Assembly (NCBI GenBank): GCA_043228905.1
Contig: JBHGNT010001301.1
Coordinates: 1 to 10,110, forward strand
Origin: Azolla caroliniana
Taxonomy: Eukaryota > Plantae > Polypodiophyta
DNA: 10,110 nucleotides
Direction: 5' to 3'
Both the position numbers and the translations under genes were made by a program. Of this stretch, positions 1 to 8,631 are shown piece by piece; within the stretch, counting starts at the first letter, position 1; every line of letters begins with the position of its first letter. A model generated the notes under the pieces. That model worked only from the letters and a program-made list of their open reading frames with translations. It had not been told where the DNA came from and ran no database searches.

Positions 1-325
1 TAATGTATTCAGGCACCTTACTAATTAATGAGATACTTGTTTATAGATTCACAAACAATGATTTCTTTCTGTGCAGTTAATGACTTGAGAATTCAGAAAT
101 AACAAAACACACTTGTGGTATGTATTAGCTAACGAAGATATAATGGAGAAGATCTTCCTCCTCCTGCTTTAATTATCTAAACCATACAATGCCGAACAAA
201 TTCGCAAGCAGTAAGCCTGTGAATAGGTGAGACTCGAGAGTATTACTTTAACCCTTTTGCAGACTCATGAAGGAGAAGATGATAGAATAGTTTTTCTCAT
301 GGACACACAGGGATTGAGAAGAAGT

Positions 326-488
326 GGTGCGTGCGTGTCCGTGTATATGTATGTATGTATGTATCAGTATGTATGTATGTATGTGCGTGTGTGTGTATGT
401 ATTTATGTATGTATGTGTACATGTATAATGTATGTGTGGTGTATGTACATTGTATTTACATATGTATGTATGTTCATGTATAACGTGT
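326..488. repeat. Imperfect (TATG)n/(TG)n simple-sequence repeat tract
   Basis: Runs such as GTATGTATGTATGTAT and GTGTGTGTATG are directly visible. They explain the Val/Tyr/Met/Cys-rich spurious ORF 227..508. Confidence 0.9.
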
Positions 489-503
489 GGAGGACAGGTG
501 ACT

Positions 504-729
504 CATAGTACGAACCATACGTGCATTCGCATTCTCGAATGTTTTAATCATTCGAGTATGCTAAACACCCTCGAAGTATGATAAATGCCATACTTTTATA
601 TTCATTATTTATTATAATTTATAAGGTAAAAAATATTTTAAGGTACGAAAGTTAAGGTAAAAAGTGTAAAAAAAAAAACCATAAAGAATGTTTTGATAAT
701 ATACGCATTCGAGTATATTACGTACTATG
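504..729. mobile_element. MITE-like non-autonomous element (226 bp) with CATAGTACG termini
   Basis: CATAGTACG (504-512) is the perfect reverse complement of CGTACTATG (721-729). The inverted match extends to 21/29 nt (504-532 vs 701-729). The core is AT-rich with a poly-A run and repeated TTCGAGTAT/CGCATTC motifs. No clean TSD was found. Confidence 0.65.
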
Positions 730-881
730 CAGGAATCGGCAATGGCTCGGCTCAAGCTTAAACTGGTTTACCAGTTTAACGGCTCGGGAGTCGGCTCGTT
801 CAGCTTTGGCTTGAGTCTGGTTAAATGGTTTGAGATTGGCTTGAGCTTTGCCAAACCAGTTAAGCCGATTACCGACCCCCA
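730..881. repeat. Left TIR plus subterminal repeat region of the hAT element
   Basis: TIR 730-760 followed by repeated GGCTCG/GGCTTGAG/TGGTT motifs, GC-richer than the surroundings. Confidence 0.8.
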
Positions 882-1816
882 GTTACTGAGTACATGCTCA
901 TTGCTAACATAAAATGCAGAAAATGGAATATAGTAGTTTTTGTCTTGTCATTGTAGTAACTCTTTGTGCAAAATTACAATTATTAGACAAGATGGAAGCT
1001 TTCTTGTTCTTGCCAAGATCTGCATTTAATTTCTCTGCTTAGACCTTATTGTGTTACCCAATTGAATCTCTTGGCCTCCTCCTTTCAACTAATATACAGA
1101 TTCACAATTAGCTCCATTTTAATTTTCGTCTCTTGACCTTCTCTATGTATAGAACGTCTCTTCAAGTACATTTCTGCATTTCATTGTTTTCACCAGACCT
1201 GCATCCTTGCGTCAACTTCTCATTGCCACTCTCTTCCTTTGTGCTTGTTGTTTCTGCAAGATTTATACATTCCTGTCTCAACTTCGCCTTTTGTCTTTGC
1301 ATCTTTACTGTTTCTACTCTAAGACCCAATCGCCATTTCTAATCCTTGAACCTGCATTTAGGAATTCTATACTATGATTTTTGCCAGATCAGCATCAATC
1401 CCATGGAAGCTGGCACAAATTACATGAATGCCCAAGAGTCTGGTTTCAAAACTTGTCCCAAATCCAAATATGTATCTACTTTCCATGAGATATTGTTGCA
1501 ACACAATAACTAATGTGTTATGCTTCATGTTGTATTCAATGCTTGCATGCAAGGTTTGATTACTGTTGTGTTATGTTTCATGCAAGATTTGATTACTACT
1601 GCTTGCAATCATGAATTCAAATGAACTTGGTGCCTAGAATTAAGACACACAACATGATCACATACTTCATAGAATGACCTAAAAGCTCCAATGAATCTTC
1701 CCTATATTTGAATCCATTTCAAGCACCCAATTTCATTTATTGTTCAAATTTTTTTTGTCTTATTTTTATTGATTATTCTATGTTTTTTAAATTTATGTAT
1801 AGGTACATACATAAAC

Positions 1817-4325
1817 ATGGAAGATCGTCAAGCTATAACTCTTTTATCTTCACCCACAAACGCAACATCAGTATCCGTCCCTAGAATCATATCAAGGACA
1901 AGAAAAAGAAGTTCATGGACCGAGCAACACATGGTCACCATCAAGGACGAAGATGTATCTAAATGTTGATGTGCTTATTGTCACTTGTTATGGTCAAGCT
2001 CTACATGTACAACTTCTACTGCCAAGCATTTATTAGATAGGCATAATAGTAATAGCACGTCACAACCACAAGCTTCTAGCAGTGTTCTTGTCCAAACTCA
2101 AATAGATGCATCTACATCTACAGTAGCTATATCTCGTACTCAAGAGAAGAAATTTGATAGTACTATTGTTAGATTATATACTTTCATCAATGCTACCTCA
2201 TGCACATATTGAGTCTTCTAGTTTTAAAAGATTAATGCATGATGTCTTGCCCAATTATCAACTTAAATCAACTCGTACACTTAAAAGATTAGTGTTACGA
2301 ATGTATGTTGTTCTTCGTCATTTAGTTATTAATTATTTGTCCTCACAAAGTTTTAGATATGCTATAACTTATGATGTGTGGATGAATAATAGTTTCAAAG
2401 GATTTTATCCCATTGACATTACATTGGGTCCCTTTGGAGTCTAGTAAGCCGACTAGTGTGCCTTAGACTTTCTAGATGTCTTTTTGGGAGATGGGGTAGG
2501 AAAACGTGTCGGAAAAGCTTTATTCGCGCATCTAAAGTCATTTAATATCTCTTCACGTATTCTATCTACAACTTCTAATGGTGCTAGTGAATCTCTAGTT
2601 GCATCAAAAGAATTGGCTCAATTATTACTTTGCCATCTTGGACAAGAGATTTTACAATCATCACATATGTTAAGATGCATGGTACATACATATTAACTTG
2701 GGTCTAAAGTCTACATTAGAAGCTATTAATCCTTCTACTATGAAGCTAAGGAAGACATTACATTCTATACATACAAGTAATGTGAGTAGAGATATATTTA
2801 AAAAATATTCAAAAACCATGCATGAGAATGGGGAACATGAACCTTCGTGTCTAGATTACATTACTAGATGGAATTCAACTCTAATTATGTATCAACAATC
2901 CCTAAAGTTAAGAGATGTCTTGATTTGTACCACGAATGACAAGGCCATTGCTAATGAGTTGTTGACCATACACTCTTCATAGAAGATTGGAATCATATAC
3001 AAAGTATGGAACAATGGTTGCTTGTGCTTGCTAAAATTTGTAATTATTTGAGTGGGTCAAAGTACCCTACCCTCTCACTAGTAGCGCTTGCATTCAACCA
3101 CATATTATCACATTGTAATAAGTATATATCTATGGATATGAACTCCGTTGATTCACCCTCTGACAAGATTACTCTTCAAGTGCAACATGAGGCTAGTACC
3201 AAATGCCTACAATACCTAATCAAGTACCAAGAATCCTTGAAATCTGTTCCATCTCGAATCACAATGTTTCTTGACCCTCGGTAATGTTTTTTAATTGCAA
3301 TTTTCCCTTTTTTAATCTTTTTTTCTTACTAATAGTGTCTTATGTTTGGATGTAGAGTTCTAAAACCAACAAATCCAATTGAGAGAGACCTCGATGTAGA
3401 GTTGGTGCAAACTGTTTTAACAACGGAATATCATGATCCTAATGTGAAGGATCTCAATTTGAATATATGGAGTTTTGGTGTATCAACAATGAGAAATCTC
3501 ATGTCATCAGTTTGGTCAGAAATTGAAGATTTCTTGAAGCTTCCACAATCCAAGACTACCATACTTGACCCTCTACATTGGTGGTTTACCAATAGGTTTC
3601 ATCAATATTGCATCATGTTTTATTAAACACATTTGTTGCTATTGTTGGTAATTAAGAAACACATTTTAACATTATCTTTTTTGGTCGTTTAAAACACATC
3701 TACTACTTTCCAAGGATGTACAAAATGGCATGTGATTATTTAACAATTCCAACTTCATCGGTGTCATTAGAGGAAGCTAACTCCGAAGCTCGTGATAACT
3801 TTGAAGATAGACACTGGTTGCATTCATGCATAGTTGTTAAAAAACGCGTATTCTGCGTTTAGAGTACGTTTTAGAATACTCTGAAGTATTCTACACGTAT
3901 TCTAAAAATTTGACGTATTCTACGTATTTAGCAAGTATTTATCATTTCAAAAAATATTTTCTTGTTTTTGAAAAAAAAAACTTTAAAATTTAAGAAGTAT
4001 TTAACGTATTTTACACGTATTCTAAGTATTCTACACGTATTCTAAGTATTTAATGTACTTTATCTATAAAATATGTATTCTAAGTATTTAAAAAAAAAAA
4101 GTTAGAATACGCATTGTACGTGTATTTTATGCTAAGTATTTTACAACAATGCATTCATGCACTTTCAAGGCAGAAATGTGCATACGATCTTGGTTAGATT
4201 CACTTGACAATGTAAATATTCCTCTACATGAAGATATTAACGATGCTTATAATAGTTTAGATATCAATTTAGAAGAGACGATGGCATATGATGATGTTAT
4301 TGAATACTTGTACTTGGACAAGTGA
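1817..4325 (+). pseudogene. hAT transposase pseudogene (BED zinc finger, DDE/RNase H-like core, C-terminal dimerisation domain)
   Basis: Joined fragments give MEDRQ...RKRSSWTEQHM...KC*CAYC...TSTAKHLLDRH (BED finger), YAITYDVW (first catalytic D, DxW), LTLHW, RCMVH (CxxH), TRWNST, YPTLS, FLDPR, DPLHWW, FPRMYKMACDYLTIPTSSVSLEEANS (catalytic E region) and, after removing the MITE, RHWLHSCTFKAEMCIRSW...LDK* (stop 4323-4325). Lesions: in-frame TGA at 1967-1969, frameshifts near 2170, 2410, 2462, 2693 and 2975, and the MITE at 3829-4151. GT-AG intron 3281-3355 restores FLDPR-VLKPT. A probable second intron starts near 3596 with a decayed acceptor near 3690. Confidence 0.92.
3829..4151. mobile_element. 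hAT-type MITE (323 bp) inserted in the transposase dimerisation-domain exon
   Basis: Perfect 8-bp TSD CATTCATG at 3821-3828 and 4152-4159. TIR CATAGTTGTTAAAAA vs CATTGTTGTAAAATA (reverse complement of 4137-4151), 12/15. The interior has 16 GTATT-cored repeats. Removing the element plus one TSD copy restores the transposase reading frame. Confidence 0.93.
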
Positions 4326-4791
4326 AAATGGTTGGAATACAACCAACTTGGACAATTGATGACTTCTTACATTTTTTGAATAGTAAACATTTACATTTTT
4401 CTCATTTTATGTTTTCTCTTCCTTTTTAAACTAAGAGACATTTGTCTTGTTTTTCTTTAAATTTTTGTCATTGATTTTGTTTTTGTGGTATTGTTTGTAC
4501 TATAGAGACATTTTGATCCTTTTAATGTGTTTCAATCGTCATTAAATTCACTAATTCTTCAGAGATTGAAATGTGAAACAAAGCATTAAGTGTTTTAGTT
4601 GTTTTTATTGGAACATACTATTTGATCTTCATCACTTGTCTTTACTTAACCATTTATGAGAATAATTTTTGTTCCCATACAATACTTCCATGAGTTCCAA
4701 CACTGCATATATTATTGGGTAATAACCATATGTAAGGTTTACGTTTAGGAGATGTTAATATCTATTTCAAACTATCAAGTTACAATATTCC

Positions 4792-4912
4792 AAACTGGTT
4801 TAGGGATCGGTTCGGTTCAGGTTTGAGAACCATTAAACGGTTTAGGCTTAAGCGGTTTGGCTTGGATAAGGTCAAACCGGCTAAGCCTAAACCGAACCGT
4901 TGCGGATTCCTA
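4792..4912. repeat. Right subterminal repeat region plus TIR of the hAT element
   Basis: Repeated CGGTT/AACCG motifs (GGTTCGGTTC, AAACGGTTT, AAACCGAACCG) ending in the TIR at 4912. Confidence 0.8.
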
Positions 4913-4932
4913 ATACTATGGACGGGTCTATT

Positions 4933-5035
4933 AATATGTATAACTATGTATATGCTATTGTGTTGGTATAAGTGTATGTTTGTGTGAGTAAATTTTATGT
5001 ATATGTGAATGTGTGTGTGTGTGTTGGTGTATGAA
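4933..5035. repeat. Degenerate (TATG)/(TG)n simple-repeat tract
   Basis: ATGTATAACTATGTATATG ... TGTGTGTGTGTGTGT; same character as 326-488. Confidence 0.75.
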
Positions 5036-5560
5036 GGGTATTTTGGGAAATATGTAGAGTTGGTTCTTTTTGTTCGTGGATATGTCACATGGTTGTAGGT
5101 TTTGACGAGTGACAGTTGCCTTAGGGAATTGAATCCAACTTAAGAGTTCCTTTACTTCTTTTGATTACATTAAATTGAGATATATAAAGTAGAGAAAATT
5201 TCTCGACATCATATAGTAGATTCCGGTGGGCTTAAGATTGTAATACAATAAGAGTTAAATAATAGAGAACACCATTATAATGATTTCTAAAGGGCTTGAT
5301 TTCAATGTACAATAATAAATTTTCATACAAAGGATTTTTAACGCTAATTTATCAAATATGAGAGATTAAGATGATCGAAAGTAAATAAATCGAAAGAGTG
5401 ACGAGATGAGATCTTTAAGTTTTGGAATATAGAGTCTATGATTGACAACCACATCACTCTTTGTCTTTGTAAACCTCCTATGTGACCCCACGATTTGCTA
5501 TCCTGCAATCATTTGTCTCTTGATAAAGCCTATGCATCTCTTGTAAAATGTTGATCCCTT

Positions 5561-5725
5561 GCAATGACCTCTCGTTCTTTATTTAAAGGTTTCAAGAGCC
5601 CACACACCAATTAAAAACTTCCTTTTTGTATAAGTTAGACGGTAGACCTTATACTATAGCAATAAACTCTCCATCTTTATTTAAATGTTTCCTGAGTCCA
5701 CTGACCAAATGAATAATTTCTTTTT
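5561..5725. repeat. Diverged direct duplication, 67-bp unit at 98-bp period
   Basis: 5561-5627 vs 5659-5725 align without gaps at 52/67 (78%), e.g. TCTTTATTTAAAGGTTTC vs TCTTTATTTAAATGTTTC. Confidence 0.8.
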
Positions 5726-5844
5726 TCCACCTTCCAAACTAAACTATCACAAAAAATATATCTTAGTTTTCATTTTGTGATCAACTTTTTCCCTTTTGTT
5801 ACCCTTAATGGGATTCAAAGTGTACACTTTACCATTCTATAAGT

Positions 5845-6177
5845 ATATGACGTAATAAAATCCAAGTTTTGAAATTTAGGGCAAGAAGCATGAATCAAAA
5901 AGTAAAGTTGTGGCAAAAGTCATGCATGGGCAAACAAGAGCGCCCACGTGAACAAAAAAGCTCATAGCGTCTTGATATGATATCGGATTTCGAAGTTCAA
6001 ATAGTTGAAACAAAGCCAACGAAGTACGCTATGATATGACCTAATAAAATCTAAGTTTTGAATTTCGGGCCAAGAGACATGAAGGAAAAAGTAAAGTTGT
6101 GGTAGAAGTCATGTAGGGGCAAACAAGAGCGCTCACATGAATCAAAAAGCTCATAGCATCCTCATATGATATCGGAT
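5845..6177. repeat. Tandem repeat, 189-bp period, about 1.8 copies
   Basis: 5845-5988 vs 6034-6177 align without gaps with 21 mismatches in 144 nt (~85%). Shared blocks include AAAAAGTAAAGTTGTGG, GGGCAAACAAGAGCGC and ATATGATATCGGAT. Confidence 0.92.
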
Positions 6178-6861
6178 GAGTTATGTTCCTTTATTTCTAT
6201 GTTGTTCTCTCTTCTACGCCCCTTTACATTACTTCTTTGACCAAAACCTTAGGCTAATATAAAACTCAGGTTTTATGTATTTTATGGGCACCTTATTTGG
6301 TGGCAAAAGCCATTTAAGTCCCCTAGTCTCGTTCCACTATTTTTTTTATTGAATTTGGTCAAGTTGGAATTTGGTAGTAGAATATAGGTTCCCCTTCTTC
6401 TTATTTTCTCTTGTTATTGTTCAATGTAGGGGAGAGGATATAGGAGAAGATAATATAGACAATCGATTGACCTCTAAGCATATATGAGCATATGAGAAGG
6501 CAATTGTGTTCACCACCATAACAAAGTCCTCAAAGTCATGTATGAGATGTTTAATTGGCTAAATAAGGCATTTTGTCCATCCTAAGTTTATACATGCTCT
6601 ACCTCCGAAGTATGATGAGTTAAGTCACAACAATGATGACACAAATGAGATATCCCTTACTTTCCTTTGACAAATGTTATTAATACTTCAAGAGGAGGAA
6701 AAACGAACAATTGAACATAGACTTTATCAGAACAAGAAGAGAGCAAGAAAGCTATGCAAAAGTCTTTTTAGTAATTTGTCACAACTTTGGAAAATTAGTG
6801 TTGAGGTTATCCACATGTGCATGTGAGATGGGGAGAGAGACTATAGGCCCTTGAGAGCGGG

Positions 6862-6960
6862 AAATAATACAAATAATAGTAATGAACGTAATATGATAAT
6901 GATGAGGAAGTAGATGGAGATGATAATGACAATAATAATCATGATGATTATGAAGACGAT
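6862..6960. repeat. Low-complexity degenerate (AAT/GAT)n trinucleotide tract
   Basis: AATAATAGTAATGAACGTAATATGATAATGATGAGG...GATAATGACAATAATAATCATGATGAT; explains the His-rich ORF 6779..6979. Confidence 0.7.
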
Positions 6961-8262
6961 ACACTAATTTGTTCTGCATAAATTAAGGCAAAAGTTTGCA
7001 TTCGAAAGGATAAAAAAGGAAATCCATTATTTCATTATTAATTGAATAATTGCATGAGTAGAATTGGCTTAAGCATTTTAATGTAGATTATATAGAAAAA
7101 ATGTCCTCATGAAGAAGAAGAACCCCACATTTTATAGATATTGTACATCAATAGTGTATGATTCCCCTAGATTATCTCAAGCAAATTAACGCCAATAAAA
7201 ACTTTTAACTCATTTTCTTGCTTGATGTTTGTTTCGACATGTGTCTTGTCTCCCTCTTGGGCTTCTTGATTGTCTCTCAAATCTCTCTAGCCTCTTTTCT
7301 CTCCTGTTCCTCTACACCACAAAGCCATGGTTGCACCTAAGTTCGTCGCTTAATCCAATTCTAATAATTGGCATATTCACAATTGCTCCTTTGATTCCTC
7401 ATCCCTGAATTTTCCCAATCAGATGCCCTAGATATTTGAGCTGCTAGAATTTTGTTACCACAAATAAAAGTGTAAAGCTTGTTTTTCATTGGATTTCATT
7501 TATTATTGATTTTCACTTATGTTTTGAGTTTGATAATTTTGCACACCTCAAAGTCAATCCAAAATTTCATGATGCATGCGTAGAGGAATATTCACGTAAC
7601 AATGCCTATGCACACAAACTTACTGATGAGTCTCTTTAACCTTGTATTACACTAATAATGTCTCCCTTTTAAATGTGAAATCTTGAGACTGAGCAAAACA
7701 TTGATTTAAAAAGTCAACAATACAAAGGAGAATAACATAATTTGATGTTTCCAAAGTCAATCCTAGACATGTGTGCTAGGTCTTGGAACGGGAAAATAAT
7801 TTTTTACGACATTGAAGTTTTATCACACAATACAATGAATGAGTGAAATGGTTAGGATTTGAAATTAAGAGGCAATGATTAAATTATGAGACTGGATGAT
7901 ATGACACGAAAAACATCAGCAAATCGATTTTAGAACTCTTGGGGGTCCATACTCTTGTCAATAAAATATCACATCATTATATATATGTGTACAGTGTGTC
8001 AATTTAAAATACCAAAATTCTCCAAACCAACATTATTAAGAACTTACAATACAATGTGATGCATCTTGCAAATTTGCCTCCAACTCCTTTTGAATGAATA
8101 TATCATACAATCTCATGGGTGGGTCAATTATTAACACCATGATGTCCATCCATTGACATTATTCAGCACCAAACAAACAAAAGGATATGATAGACATGGT
8201 ATTATTGAGAACACAAACTCCTATGCTTCGGATTTCCCTCGCCAACAATATGTTACAAACTC

Positions 8263-8631
8263 CTAAACAACAGGATAGATGGGGTAGTTGTTGATACCAC
8301 AAACTCCTTGTGGAATGCTTCCACCTCTCCTAATATGAGCATAGCCATTCATTCCCCAGTATGGACCCCAAGAGTTCTTCACTATCCAATACTTCACACC
8401 ATTAACATTTTGACCCCATCCGATGAGCGTTACGACATGATTGGATGTCCCTGCCATGTAAGGGCAAGTCGTGCCGGCATCAAAGATACCGCTCGCATAT
8501 CGGAGGAAGTCATTGTTCGCATAAATCGATACAGAGATCGGCTGTTGCGCAAGGGCACATAGCAAGGCAGCTTCATTCGCCATGGGGACACCATAAATTG
8601 CCGAGATATTGGCCACCTTGCTTGTGCGTGC
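8263..8631 (-). CDS. Cysteine protease exon 3 (ARTSKVANIS...YPVV*)
   Basis: Pyrimidine-rich acceptor TTCTTTTTCTCTCATAG|GCA CGC ACA, in frame with ORF 8263..8616. Intron 2 = 8632-8750 (119 nt). Confidence 0.92.
   Translation of the reverse strand, partial: ARTSKVANISAIYGVPMANEAALLCALAQQPISVSIYANNDFLRYASGIFDAGTTCPYMAGTSNHVVTLIGWGQNVNGVKYWIVKNSWGPYWGMNGYAHIRRGGSIPQGVCGINNYPIYPVV

Larger units (their letters stand above)
730..4912 (+). mobile_element. hAT-superfamily (Ac/Tam3-like) DNA transposon, full-length but decayed, 4183 bp
   Basis: Left end CAGGAATCGGCAATGGCTCGG (from 730) vs reverse complement of the right end TAGGAATCCGCAACGGTTCGG (ending 4912): 24/31 identity over 730-760 vs 4882-4912. 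Flanking 8-bp TSD GTACTATG (722-729) / ATACTATG (4913-4920), 7/8; 8-bp TSDs are characteristic of hAT. GGYTCGG/AAACCG-type subterminal motifs occur at both ends, and hAT transposase remnants lie inside. Confidence 0.92.

Noticed and set aside
493-503. Possible TSD for the 504-729 element (GACAGGTGACT vs GACGGGTCTAT at 4921-4931)
   Set aside because: Only 7/11 identical, and the 8-bp flanks do not match, so no TSD is claimed.
227-508. 93-aa ORF rich in V/Y/M/C
   Set aside because: Translation of the TATG/TG microsatellite; non-ATG start.
727-1552. ORFs 727..912, 1133..1342 and 1367..1552
   Set aside because: Short, with no recognisable motifs; the first simply reads through the TIR and subterminal repeats.
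3845-4142. CRISPR-like appearance of the short repeats
   Set aside because: Irregular 8-10-nt motifs without unique constant-length spacers, eukaryotic context, no cas genes, and bounded by TIRs and a TSD.
4780-5088. 102-aa minus-strand ORF
   Set aside because: Spans the TG tract and the hAT right end; the composition is repeat-derived.
6779-6979. His-rich 66-aa ORF
   Set aside because: Product of a degenerate ATG/ATA trinucleotide tract.
7100-7675. Possible LTR relic on the minus strand (CTATAAAT TATA-like motif near 7130, purine tract near 7660)
   Set aside because: No TG...CA boundaries, TSD, second LTR or pol remnants could be identified.
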